Part shown: piece by piece, positions 12,204 to 24,731 of the stretch
Position numbering within the stretch: position 1 is the first letter of the stretch
Layout: the number at the start of each line of letters is the position of its first letter
From: Eremomyces bilateralis CBS 781.70
Lineage: Eukaryota
NCBI GenBank assembly: GCA_010015585.1
Contig: ML975154.1
Reading direction: 5' to 3' (one strand)
DNA length: 64,000 nt
Translations under genes and position numbers: made by a program
The notes under the pieces: generated by a model
The model's input: only the letters and a program-made list of their open reading frames with translations
The model's database searches: none
What the model was told of the DNA's origin: nothing

Positions 12204-12664
12204 TTGTGTGATGGTAGGCGTACAGGGTTTATTTAAGGGACTTTGCCCTTAGATCGTGGATGAATGAATGGGAGACAGTAGGTAATGGACGGTTAGTGTT
12301 GAAATGTCGTGGACGGTTACGGAAAGGACAATTGTTTACTAGATAGGGAGCAAGATCGGTTTTCCATAGGGCTTGGGCGTCTCCATAGGGCATCCGAATA
12401 CCTTTCCATCCCCTTTAGCAATGGAGCAATCAGAACGCCTGAGTCCAGACACTTAGGCGCTGGCATTTTGAAAAGAGATACCCTCATTGGTGCATTTACG
12501 GAATATCTATTGTACAGTCCCTTAAAAAGAGGGAGCCAGTTTATCAAGCCTAATAATATGAACCTTCTCGTTTGAACGCAATAAGGAAATGGGAGGCCAT
12601 CCACGACTTTAATCCCCATGGCCCCATTCTCGATACCAAATTCGCCTTTCCGATCCTGACCCAG

Positions 12665-14506
12665 TCAACTTGCCCGTGGCACAATCATATCAATTTCAGT
12701 TTTAGCAAACGGTGTTCTCATAGCGTGATTATGTACTAGTGCCTGATATAGCCTAGCGAAGTCGATCTGCAATCGGACTTCCCATAGTTTCAGGTGGCAG
12801 CTATCAGCTGTTAGAACACGATACCTTCTTCCTGAGAAGGTCCATTTCGTCCATCTCAACCATTGCATCCGGATAGCAGAAGTCGTTGTCCTCGATTAGG
12901 AGCGGGAACGTGTACCTAGATGCAATACTGACATCCAAAGCACTCCTTTGCTGAACTGAATCCATCCCATTCATGTCGGAGTTTTGGCAGGAAATGCTGC
13001 CGGTGCCGCTGGTTGAAGGGCACGAAAAGTCCGAGGAATGGCGAAGAGTATTGTAACTGCCTTCTACGTGGAGCGCATCCGTTTCCTCCATGTCGGTAAT
13101 GGTATCAAAGTAGATGAGGGTATTGGCACTCGCCAGACTCTTTGCTTGGCCCGATGTGAGGCTGATGGTCCGCCATGAGCTAGTTTGTTCAAAGAAGTTG
13201 ATTTAAGAACTGGGAAGTGCCAGACTTAGGACATCGTCATTGGGGGACGGGAATAGACCATCCATCTCGCACCGGATGTGGAGATTTCGCTGATGAGGTG
13301 CCGGTCTGGGCTGTTCCTTTCGGCTTGACTTTGGGAGGATTTCAACCACCATGGACTCATTCCAAGCTCCCTGGCAAGCTCTTTCAGATCATCGTCACTC
13401 TCTGGATCTTGTGTGAGATTTCAGTCAATTCTCTCCACGTCATGACTAGCCACGTGTGAAGTCTTTATCAGAAAGATTGATGGCGCAATAGAAGTGGCCA
13501 GGCTGGGGAACGTGTCTCGAGGCGGTCCAAGGATATACGCAACCACAAACTCATTAGAAAACCTATGTCGCGGTGTCCCTGGAGGTGTCGTGGTCTCTGG
13601 CATTGAGGGGGGGTCTAGTAGCTTGGAATCCTTGCTCAGTTGACAACTCTGTTTGAAGTGGGTAATAGGTTGATATCGTTGGGGGGGTGACAGGCGGTGG
13701 TAATAAGAACGTCTCAATGTTTCGTGAAACTGCTTCGTCGGGGCCTGAATTGAACTTAATTGCAAGTGGAGTTCCCGGGGGGGTTGTGGAATCTCGTACT
13801 GCTTCGTCCGGGTTTCGATTGAGAGCGATTGCAAGGGTAGTTCCACGAGGGGTTGTGGAACCTCCCGCTGCTCCGTCGGACAAACCGTTGAAATGGTTAA
13901 CCGGTGGCGATCCCGGTGGAGTCGTGGTCTCCGGGTATGATATAGCAATGTTTTCATTGCCCTGAAGGGTTTCGGGCTGAGGAGTATTCTCAAATACGTC
14001 GAATTCGATTGACATATCGGAATCTCGAACGCCACCGGAAGAGTAGGAACCTGACGATGTCTTGCATTGATCATCTGAACAGTCTGGGACAGCGTCATCG
14101 CGCCGCATATCGCCTGGAATGGCATCCTAAACTTGTTCATCATCTGGAACAACATCCTCTTGTCCTTCATTGTGGTGGCCTGACACGAGACGGAAAAGGT
14201 TCTCACGAGAAGCACAACCGAAGCCTGGGTCTATGGTGTCCAGAACAGCTCCAATTTCGTTCATGTTTTCAGCGTTGACGTCGTTCCACTGGGAAAAGAT
14301 CCCGGCAAAATGCGGCCTGCGTGATATTCAATGCCTCTCGCGACTGTGGACGAAATGCCCGCGAATGCTTGTCTTAGATCCGCTTCTTCAGGCACACCAT
14401 TGAAGGCCTGGTCAATGGAGTTGGTAAAGGTCTCCATAATACCAGCTTGTAGGAACGAAAAAGCCGATAAACGACGATTTTTGTTTAGGGCTCGACGACG
14501 CGTCAA
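12665..14506 (-). pseudogene. Degenerate gene with repeated TTPPG(T/S)P motifs, unknown function
   Basis: Overlapping minus-strand ORFs in shifting frames share TTPPGSP/TTPRGTT/TTPPGTP repeats and are broken by stops and frameshifts. Boundaries are approximate. Confidence 0.4.
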
Positions 14507-15892
14507 AGGGCTCTATATCATCAAAACCTACTTAATTTCATCAAATTACTCACTGCAGACCCGAGCTATCCCCGGATCCATTGACGCCGCGGCTACGCAG
14601 GCGTCATGGACGGGTCGCAGGCGAATTGCGGACCGGATGTGGACCAGCAAGGAGCCCCAAACACCAGCAAAACCGGCGCGAATAGGGCCAGAATGCCCTA
14701 GGACCAGAAACCAGCGCTGAATGGCACGAGCTAATGAATTATATGCTACTCGTAAGCGGGTACCTTGCGAACCAGAAAGAGGGGGACTCCAGGAGCACGT
14801 TAGGAAGACATCACGTTCTGATCCGAATCGGGAGCGAGAACACAAGTGATTGAGGCGGAGAGCTGCACAATTTTCGTTGTGGAATAACTCTCAAGAGGAA
14901 ATAAGAAAGCCACACACTTTAGAATAGGAGCAAAAAGGGCGCTTCTTAGTCGATCATCCAGGCACAAAGACCTGACTTTGCAGTCGTCGGAATTAAAAGC
15001 GCTGCTACGCATATTGGTGATCCAATGGGTCCTGTAGATTGGGCCGCCACAACCATCAAGATAAATGTATCCTACCGCGCCTACCAACCTTGGATGCCAG
15101 AAATTTCCGAGGGGTTTGTGAAAAGACTTGATTTGAACTTGGTTACACCTAATCTGACTTAACGAACTTTGATGATGAGAAAAAACTGTACTGAATGACA
15201 GCGTTAATGATTCGTATTGCAGGAGACATGTAGATAATAGCAAACTGTAAGTTCTTTGTTGAAAAAAAGGATGATGATAAACAAGATGTGATCAATGATG
15301 GAGCGTTTGCTGGTCAAGGGACTTTGGAGATGCAGCTTGTGCATTCAGCTGATGCAGAGATTGTTCATTAGAGTACGGGTACCAACACATAGTATGAGAT
15401 CAACGGCCCGACCCAGGCCTATTTAAAACAAGTCGATGAAAAATAGTCTCACGAACAACGTCACTTTGCAATTTGATCTAATTATCCCCCAGCACCTATC
15501 ATTTTGTGCTTCGGTTTCCTTGCCGTCATGGAAAGAGAAAAGAATCGAGCAGCCAGTCCCAGGAGAGGCTTCTCGTTCATGTTTACTAACTATCCATAAT
15601 ACGTTACTTATCCGCCGCTTCCACTCTTAGGTCCAAGCCAATTGAAACGCAGTCTAACCCCGCCCAACTCCGCCTGAAACATGTGGTATTGTCGCATTGT
15701 CAGCAAATGCCCAGATAAAGGTTCAAGTAGCGAGGCCATGCCCAAGGGATCTGATCATGATCATCCCACCTCGATGAGTGTCTCCTCTGAATTAGTATGA
15801 AGTGCGTTTGAAGTGCTACACAAGCCGTATCTTGCAGAGTCGTACATTTGCGACTTTGAAGTCAGTTACATCGAGTCAAGTCCATCATCGAA

Positions 15893-16989
15893 ATGGCTGC
15901 TGTTCTCGGAAAGGCGCTCTCTCTTCCCTTTTCTCCCGTCATCTCCGGCGCGCTCCTCGTCCTCCTCACAAATGGCCCGGACACTTTGCGCGAGCCGCTC
16001 CAGCGTCTGATGGCGTCTGATGGCGCGACAAAAAAGGGGATCCAGGTGTTGAAATACCTCTTTGGCATCGGGATCGCGCTGAACGTGAACAACGCCTTGA
16101 GCTCCTGGGCGCTCGCAAATTGGCAGAATCCATTCCGGGCGAGGAAGGACAAGTGGACTGGACATGAGCTTGCCGTCGTCACTGGTGGCTCGAATGGAAT
16201 TGGGTCTTTCATTTCTAAAGGGCTGGCACGGAGCGGGCACCTGGTCGCAATTATTGACCTTGTTGAGCCTAATGCGGAGTTGAGGGCCGGTATGACGGCC
16301 CCCCATGATGTGGGTACGAAGCTAACAGACGCGATCTAGTTGCGAATATCCATTTCTTCAAATGCGATATTACAGACCCAGAGCAAGTGAAGCAGACAGC
16401 CGATGCCATCATTTCGCAGCTTGGGAAGCCCTCCATCCTCTGCAATAACGCAGGTATCGGTCATGCGCATACGATCCTCGAGACGACCCCGCAGTATCTA
16501 CGCAAGTTATTTGAGGTGAACCTATTCAGCCATTTCTACCTCCTGCAGTCCTTCCTTCCGCACATGATTGAAGCACGAAAGGGCCATATCATCACGACGT
16601 GCAGCATGTCAAGTTACCTCTCGCCGGTGGGCTTGGTGGACTACGCAGCCAGCAAGGCGGCAGTCATGGCGTTCGATGAGGGCCTGCGTCAGGAGATCAA
16701 GCACCGGTATGGAGCACCGGAGATTATGACCTCTTGTATCCATCCAACCTACGTGAAGACTGCACTGGTCAATAGTTGGGAGAAGGAGTTGGAGAAGACG
16801 AAAGCGCTGGTCCTCACGCCAGAGCCGGTTGGGAACACGATTGTCAAACATATCCTGCAGAGGAAGGGTGGACGCGTCTTTCTTCCAGAGTGGCTGGGCG
16901 TTGGTGCAGGACTGCGAATTTTCCCATTGTGGCTTTCAGATCTGGTGCGCGATTGCCGCAAGTCCGATATGCTTCCAGACTTGAAATGA
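15893..16989 (+). CDS. Short-chain dehydrogenase/reductase (retinol dehydrogenase-like; intron 16290-16339)
   Basis: TGGSNGIG Rossmann motif, NNAGI, catalytic YAASK, hydrophobic N-terminus. Confidence 0.93.
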
Positions 16990-18155
16990 TCGCGATCGCA
17001 ACTTCAAACCTCGGACTGAGTTGATTGCACGCAGCCTTTTCTTCTTATCCACTTCGAGCCGGCAGAGAACCCCTTCGTTTAGGGATCACCACTTATTTAA
17101 TGCGCAATTTGATTCCTTTCGGGGGTCCTTCTTAATACTAAATCCCCGAAAGCTGCTTGATCGGCGAAACGAAGGATTGCTTTAATACTTTCGTACCGCT
17201 TAGGCGTATTTCCAAGCCCTCCGCTCCGTTTGCATTGTTCACCTTCCAACGCTTGGCATCCAGCAATAGCCAGCAGCTTCCCTTCCTCAGGTTGGGATCG
17301 TCCTGAAACATCAATCGCCAGGACTTTGGTGGTCCTAGAATCTATTGTTAGTCCTGGGGCCTGGGCACCTATTCTGGGCTTAGCGGGTTGTGGACAACTG
17401 TGAGCTGCACTGCTGCGCCTCCAGAATCCTGTCCAAATCCTTGCATACGGGGTATCCCAACACCTTGTCCCGAGCCGAGCACCAAGATAGGTACTCCGTA
17501 TTCCGTATTGACGATTCTGTTAAAATGCCTTCACGAGCCTCTTCCGAAGGCGTCCTCGTTTTCGAACGAACTCGCCGAATCACTCGTTTTTGCGGCACGG
17601 ATATGCAAAAGGTATGTTGAATCCTCCTATGTGCTGTCGCTGGTTTCGAGTTGCGATCGTGGATTTGCTATCGTGGAATTATATCGCTTCGCTGGCATTA
17701 TATCCCTTGCTCTGGACCTGTGGAAGTTAATGTTTCTGTCGTTTGGGAATACGACTCGTGATGTGGACTTGCGATCCCTTTCTTATCTTTCTCTCGCTTC
17801 GTCTCCTATGTCATTGTACTTCAGCGGTCCGAGATCATGGTCTGTTTCCTCGACTGACCGCCTCTGCGACAGGTAGCGACGGAATTTCCAACGGACAAGT
17901 CACCCGAAGCACCCGTCTCCATTTTGTGCAGGAGACCTTTTCTATATCCCGTCCATACAGACATAGCGACTCCTTAATAGACCGAATACGATTTCCGAAA
18001 GATCGCATTAGGAGGGCCCACGCTTCAACAGATTTTCCATCGGAATCATCCAATTCAAGACGACCTCGAGTAGCAGGCGGAACTACGCAGCAACGACCGG
18101 ATGATATCGCGGTGTTGCGAACAGGGCTCGGCGCTTTGAATTCGAGTCCACCTTT

Positions 18156-20027
18156 GTGAACCTCGCTGATACCCATCATCCCACACGAGCTTCAACCCCT
18201 CAAAGACCAGGAGAGCAATTCGTCGGAAATCGATCACCTGCCCCCATGGCGTCGATAATATCAAGAAGACCATTTGGCGACCCTTCAGCAACGGTGACGA
18301 TAATACCGCAAAGACCGCAGGGTGCTCCAAGTGAGTCGGCGGCAACACCGACAGATGGCGGTGTCCCATTCGCATCGAGCGCCGAGAATAATCTCGCCAA
18401 TCCTTCAGCTCTAGTGACGACAATACCGCAAAGATCACAGGGAGCTCCAAGTGAGTCGGCGACATTGCATCCAGATAACGGTATCCCATTCTGGCAATCT
18501 CTCGCATCGGATGCGTCGAATGGTCTCTCCTCGTTTACCTCAAATGTCGGATTTCCGACCGATATCCCCAATGTTGCTCCGCTACCGATACCGAGTTCGA
18601 TAATCGAGGGCATCTCTCGAATCTTCTACCCGTCGTCGGGGTTGCCGAGCCTTAGTGCAACGGAAACAGTATCGTCCTGGCAAACGGGCCCGACTACGGC
18701 TGCATCGTCTCTATGGACGTGGCCGTTGCCATCTAGCGGATCCACATCAGGGGCAATATCTTCAATGTCACAACCAACGGGGACGTTATCATCTAGCGAA
18801 TCCGCATCCGGAACAATATCTTCAACATCACAATCGACGGGGACCGTGCCACCTAGCGGATCTACATCAGGAACAATATCTTCAACGTCACAACCAACGA
18901 GCACGTTGCTATCTAGCGGATCTTCATCCGACTCCTCAACATCTAGCTCCAGCTTATCCTCAACCTCATCCCCATCATTGTCCTCTACTTCCTCAACCAC
19001 CTTCTCAACTTCGACGCGCTCTAGCTCCACCTCATCCTCGATTTCCTCCTCGACTTCGTCCTCCTCGACTTCATCGTCCTCGACTTCATCGTCCTCGACT
19101 TCATCGTCCTCGACTTCATCGTCCTCGACTTCATCGTCCTCGACTTCATCCCTATCCTCATCTATTACCTCATCCTCCACCTCCACCTCATCCTCTACAC
19201 AATCTTTAACTTCATCCTCATCCACCCCAACAACCATCGTCACACCCGCCGACGAACCCGTCCGCCCCCCTACCACCGCCTTCCCCGCCCCCTGGCTCGC
19301 CTCCCCCTCCGCTACTACCGGCCTCCCCGCCAAAGTCGTCGCCGGCGTCGCCATCGGCTCTGTCTTCGCCTTCCTCCTCCTCCTCGCCTCCGTCATCTTC
19401 TTCCTCCTCCGCAAACGCCGCCACAAGTACCAGCTCGCCCCCGTCTACCCGCAGGAAGCCTACCTGTATGACCCCCCCGATGTCAGCGGCGGATCCAGCG
19501 GCGCGTCGAAGCGCAGCTCGCCGTTTGGATCCGGCGCCGGTTTGAAGCGGAACTCACCGTACGGATCGGGCGGGCAGGGGATGACGGAGGTGGATCCGCC
19601 ATTTGGACCTGCGGGCGCACCGTCGCAGCGAGCGCCGTCGTATGGCCGCGGTCCGCCGAAGGTGGAGTTGAAGAATGCGAGCAGTCCGCGGTTTGGTGCG
19701 GGGGCGCTGGGGGTCAGTCCTATGATCGGATTCAACGGACGAGGGAGTGGGCAAAGTCTGATGGGGCCGCGCAATGGGGGACTCGCAGCGGTGCCGGAGG
19801 GAGACGAGCGGGTGGTGGTGAGCAGAGAAGGTGCGGATGATATGGGTGGGCGGGTTTCAAGGGATGAGGGGGATCTAGGGATCCGAAGAGGGGACGATGG
19901 CATGGAACAGGTGCCGCTGACAGAGGCGGATTATAACGACTTGAATGGGCGGGTGAGCCCACCTATTGAGGATGTGACCGAACCACGGAGTTGGGAAAGG
20001 AGAAGAGGGGATAGTGGTGGTATATGA
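18156..20027 (+). CDS. Ser/Thr-rich single-pass membrane (mucin/Mid2-like) protein; true start uncertain, possibly 17761
   Basis: Long S/T-rich ectodomain, TM helix VVAGVAIGSVFAFLLLLASVIFFLL followed by RKRRHK, and a cytoplasmic tail with EAYLYDP. Confidence 0.8.
   Translation: MNLADTHHPTRASTPQRPGEQFVGNRSPAPMASIISRRPFGDPSATVTIIPQRPQGAPSESAATPTDGGVPFASSAENNLANPSALVTTIPQRSQGAPSESATLHPDNGIPFWQSLASDASNGLSSFTSNVGFPTDIPNVAPLPIPSSIIEGISRIFYPSSGLPSLSATETVSSWQTGPTTAASSLWTWPLPSSGSTSGAISSMSQPTGTLSSSESASGTISSTSQSTGTVPPSGSTSGTISSTSQPTSTLLSSGSSSDSSTSSSSLSSTSSPSLSSTSSTTFSTSTRSSSTSSSISSSTSSSSTSSSSTSSSSTSSSSTSSSSTSSSSTSSLSSSITSSSTSTSSSTQSLTSSSSTPTTIVTPADEPVRPPTTAFPAPWLASPSATTGLPAKVVAGVAIGSVFAFLLLLASVIFFLLRKRRHKYQLAPVYPQEAYLYDPPDVSGGSSGASKRSSPFGSGAGLKRNSPYGSGGQGMTEVDPPFGPAGAPSQRAPSYGRGPPKVELKNASSPRFGAGALGVSPMIGFNGRGSGQSLMGPRNGGLAAVPEGDERVVVSREGADDMGGRVSRDEGDLGIRRGDDGMEQVPLTEADYNDLNGRVSPPIEDVTEPRSWERRRGDSGGI
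18281..18492 (+). repeat. Two copies of a coding repeat at 120-bp period (PSA.VT.IPQR.QGAPSESA)
   Basis: taataccgcaaagaccgcagggtgctccaagtgagtcggc at 18301 versus caataccgcaaagatcacagggagctccaagtgagtcggc at 18421. Confidence 0.85.
18725..18925 (+). repeat. 60-bp coding tandem repeat, about 3.3 copies (SSGSTSGTISSTSQPTGTL)
   Basis: atctagcgga/atctagcgaa/acctagcgga/atctagcgga recur at 18731, 18791, 18851 and 18911. Confidence 0.85.
19050..19150 (+). repeat. 15-bp tandem repeat TCGACTTCATCGTCC (STSSS), about 6 copies
   Basis: Directly visible near-perfect tandem array. Confidence 0.95.
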
Positions 20028-20631
20028 GCATTCTGTTTATTGATGTCCTTTTATAGCCCGGTGTTGTGGAAGACTTTGGATTTTCAAGCGATATGGCCAG
20101 CAGATACCCAGGCAGAGCTGAAGTAGGATTCTTTTGAATAATATGTCCTTGAGAAAGCTCCATTATTGATACCTTACCTTTACTGATATCAGTGATAACA
20201 CCAATCCCATCAATTTATGTGCACGTGACCAGGACTTAAGAACAGCTGAGATGCCTATTACCCATGAACAATGCCTGGCTATCTTATTTCTGCAGTGCTT
20301 TTGCCAGCCTTTATACCAGTAACAAATAATAAGTGAGAGAGTATGTTATATGCATGAACAATAATAAGAGAGGATGCTGGTTTTCTCATCATGAAAGGCA
20401 TCGAAAGTGGTGAATCAGTTCAGATCCGCACACCAACGAAAATCGGCGCTTCACCGCCCCACCTCCACTACTGAAACTTTCGAACTTTTCGGAATATCCG
20501 CCATCATCCATTTTCCAACCATACAACACCTGCAATTAACGCTTTCCTTTTCCTTCTCTACCGTAAATAATACCTTACCTCTCCTTCCATAGCATTATCT
20601 GCGGCCATTGCGCCTGCATTCGCTGATCACC

Positions 20632-22814
20632 ATGCCTCCTACTACCCTAATATCCCCTCCCCCATCGCTCTCACCACTCACCCGGCCCTCGAAACCCAGC
20701 TTGAAGCGCAAGCGATCGATCTTGCCAACGCCTGCGAGCCAAGAAGATCTGCTTGTACCACAACCGAAGAAGCACAGAGTGTCCTTCAACCCACAGGCAC
20801 ATATCCGACACATCATACCCGCCACACGCGATTACGACGATGCCGTCAAGGGGAGGCCGATCATCGAGAAGAGCCTGGACCTTGTCCGAGCGGAGGTGCG
20901 ACGCGATATTGAGAGACACCATGGTGGGATGAGCGATGGCTTTGAAAACTTGACGAGGGTGCTGTCGGTCCCATTCGGTGACGAGGATTGTCTGTCTGAT
21001 GCCATGGTCCGGCGGCATATCGTTGCCTTGACGAGCATGGTCAACCGCCTGGAGAAGAACTGTTCGGCGCTCGTGTATGCGGTCCTCGACATGGACTGGC
21101 TGGGTCGAGATGAGTCATTCTACGACCTCTACAAAGGGTTTCTCGCCGCGCTGGTCTCGACACAAGGAGGGTACACAAGCGGGGTATTGCGAAAGCTTGT
21201 TGGCTTTTTCTCTGAATGTATGTTGCGCAACCCAGACTGCGCCCTATTCGCTTCTGACGTGTAGCAGTACCTCAATCAGTTGGACGACTTCCGAAGTACC
21301 CGATCGTACATCGTCGTGAACTACGACGACGCGTCCACGAGACGCTAAAGTACCTACTGAGCCTGATGCCAGCCGCGAGCTCGATACTTTCACCTGTCGT
21401 CCGGAGAGAGTTCCCGAAGGACGAAAGGAAGCCAAAGGCAGTCACCGATTACGTGTCAAACGTGCTCAAGGTGCTTGAGTACGCTCCTGAGCTGAAAGGC
21501 GAAGTGATCGCTTTAGTCATGGGTAGGGTCGTTAAGATCGATGTCCAAATTCAAGTGGATCTAGAAGATTTTGAGGATGAGCTAGGCGAAGCTCTCCTTG
21601 ATGGTCTCCCAAAGAACAATGGCGTGAACACGATCGACGATGCAGATTTATCCGACGACGAAGAATCCAACGATGATGACAGTGACGTGGGGGAGGGGGA
21701 ACCTGATGCGGAGCAGGAGAGGCTACAAGATCTGAGGAAGGCCATCATCAAGATGGATGGAGTGCTTGACATTCTGTTCACTCACTACCAACGCATTTTC
21801 GACAAGAGTACTGGCTTCGAGGTTGACGATGCATTCGACAGTCTCCTCGGACAGTTCTCAAGCAACTTACTCCCAACCTACCGTTCTAGGCACACCCAAT
21901 TCCTTCTCTTCCGCTTCGCCCAAACCTCTCCCGACTTGGTTGACCGGTTCATCGGTACCTGCATTAGCATCGCATCCGACAAAGCCAAATCCCACATCCT
22001 CCGATTTTCCGCCTCATCCTATCTCGCCAGCTTCGTCGCCCGTGGCGCCCGCATCGACCCCTCCACGACTCTCGACATCTTCTACCTCCTTGGCGAGCAA
22101 ACCAAAGAAATCCGACGACTCCAAGAGCGAACCTGCATGGGTCCCGACATCCAGCGATTCCCCGTCTACTACTCCCTCATCCAAGCCCTCCTCTACATCT
22201 ACTGCTTCCGTTGGCGCGACCTCACCACCGTGGACCCTGTCGAGCTGAACATCTACGACTACTTCGACCTCAATGAGGACCTCCCATGGGGGCCGGGCGT
22301 GCACGAGGTACTCCGCGCCAACATTAACTCGCGGTTCAACCCCCTCAAAGTCTGCCATCCGAACATCGTCCAGCAGTTCGCGAAGATTGCCGGCCAGCTT
22401 CGGTTCATGTACGTCCACGACAAGGTAGAGAACAATCGGAGGGTAAAGCTCACACGGTCGCTACTCCTGCCCTCGGCGAAAAACAGCAGCCTCTCATTCG
22501 AACAGCGAGGAACCGCGCTGAGTGGCAAGGTGGATGAGCGAGCGTTCCAACTGGAAGCGTATTTCCCATTCGACCCTTACCGTCTTCCGAAGAGTAAGCG
22601 ATGGGTTGAGGAGGACTACGTAGGTTGGCAGCCGATTCCTGGGATGGATGACGATGAGCCGCTGCTGGATGAGGACGATGACGATGACGATGACGATGAA
22701 GAGGACCAGAATCAGGAGACGGAGTATGCGGACTCGTCTGATGAGGAAGAGGAGGACGAGATTGACGACGAACATGTGGATACGGCAACTGATGCAAGTC
22801 CAGGAGAACCGTGA
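20632..22814 (+). CDS. RRN3: RNA polymerase I transcription initiation factor Rrn3 (intron about 21217-21264)
   Basis: Motifs KIDVQIQ, LPTYRSRHTQFLLF, YLASFVARG, QALLYIYCFRWRDL, FNPLKVC, YFPFDPY and an acidic tail. Confidence 0.93.
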
Positions 22815-23179
22815 TTTGGCTGACACACCTTGATTTGGGTCGGATACCAGCATTGTGGCGTTTTAGCGATGGTTTGGCGTTACTGCAGTGGTGGCCTTGC
22901 AATCGCATTCACGGCGATTATTGGTTGCGCATCGAAGCGCACATTGACCATAAAGTAAATTGGCTATCTTCAGATAGGTTCTGCGGATAAGATCTGAATA
23001 CAAAAGTGATAATTCATTTCAAAAAGAGACCCCGAGCTTGGTGTCTTCATCATCGTACAATTCTCCCTCGCATATTCCCTTCATCGTCTTCTCCCACCAC
23101 CATATATCTCAATTTCACATCCAAAGCAACCACCCATATCCCACCATCAAGCCTGCACCCTTCTCTCCATCATCCCCCT

Positions 23180-23637
23180 TCACCTCCCCAACCCCAACGG
23201 ATCCCTCGCACTCCCCGCCGAACCCCCGCTCCCCTGCGTCTTCGTCCCCCCAACCACCGCCCGCGCACTCGCCGGCCCCCGCTCCAACCCCAATGGATTC
23301 CCCGCTGTCGGCGCCCTTGGCCCACTCGCCTTCGTGACATCCTTGATGCCATTCCCGTATTCGCGGACGCCATCGGCCCAGGTTTTGGTGGTGGAGGCGA
23401 TGCTGTTTTGGGTGCTGGGGATGAGTAAGTGGGATTGGAGATTGAGGGGTTTGAAGGGGTGGGATATGAAGAAGGAGGGATAGGTGAGGAATGGTGATTG
23501 TACCTGTTTCCGAGACCTTTGCCTACACCGGAGACGCCATTGCCGACGGAGTTCACGACGCCGCCTGCGAAATTTCCTGCGCCGGCGACAACGCCAGAGA
23601 TGGAGCGGTTGATCCAGGTATCGTTGTTTGATGCCAT
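23180..23637 (-). CDS. Small Gly-rich fungal hypothetical protein (2 exons)
   Basis: MASNNDTWINRSISGVVAGAGNFAGGVVNSVGNGVSGVGKGLGN, intron (GTACAA...CCCCAG), then STQNSIASTTKTWADGVREYGNGIKDVTKASGPRAPTAGNPLGL...RDPLGLGR*. Confidence 0.7.
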
Positions 23638-24731
23638 ATTATGGGGATTGGCAGTATATAAGACTCTGTTACGATGTGTACTGCATTATATAGCGTATGT
23701 TAAAGATCCTTAAGGGATTCAAATTTGATATCTTTTATGCCTTGAATCACTGAACCCGCTGCTCTCTGCTCAATATCGACGTCATGGCGATCAGCCACAG
23801 CTCCCCCGTTGTCAAACTGTGGCTTGAACCGCACCCTTGCGGCTCGGCGACGGGGATTTCAGGAAAAGCGGGTTCCGGTTTGACGTCGCGCCACGCGAGG
23901 ACGGAATGAACCGCCAGGAACATCATCATCGAGATAGAGCCGAAAAACACGTCGGCAGCGGTTATGTAGACCACAAGATGCGACAGACATTGAAAAATTA
24001 GCAAGAGCAAGGGAAAATTACAAGCGGAACGCATATGCGACTCTAAATTGGGTATCAGGTTCATGTGACTGGCGTGGGAGCCGTCTGAAGGGCCAAAAAG
24101 GGGTTAGCGCGAAAGAGCTTCGAAAGTTGGAGAGCATTGAGGTCGGGTTGCTCGAAAGTTGTATGTTTACTCTCTATTTCAGTTTCACTTGCCCTCTTAC
24201 TTCCTTCCCCCATGTTTGATCTATCTATCAACATCGCGTTTTTCATCTCCCAAAGTTTTCGAAATCCTCAGCTTCATCCCTAGACATGGATGGCATCTGA
24301 CCATGCGCTTGTTCGGTAGAGTTAAGCGGTTCTTTCGAAGAGTTTTTAGGAGAAACCGGGAATCTTGTTCAGTGGTTCTTTGCACTCCCGGTACGTTTAG
24401 TTATGCTACTGTGTCAGCGAAGCTCAACATTATGGCCTAACACGGCCGATACGAGTATCTCGGAACTTCATTGATCTTATTAATGTTGTCCTATTCCTAA
24501 TCGACTATTGTATCTCTACTTTTAGTCGCATTCACTTCTAGTTTCGAGGAGCTAACGCTAAGAGAACACAGCTCGACGATCGCTGACTGCCAGCAATCGC
24601 AAGTCCATTCGTTGGACCCTTGACCAGAGTCGCACACCCTGGGATACAGTATGTCCTCCCACCCCTGTGTCACCCTTGGTTAAGTATACTGACAAAGTGC
24701 AAGCGCATTATCAATACACCCTTTGGAGACT

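Noticed and set aside
19050..19150. CRISPR-like array
   Set aside because: Contiguous 15-bp coding repeats without spacers in a eukaryotic gene.
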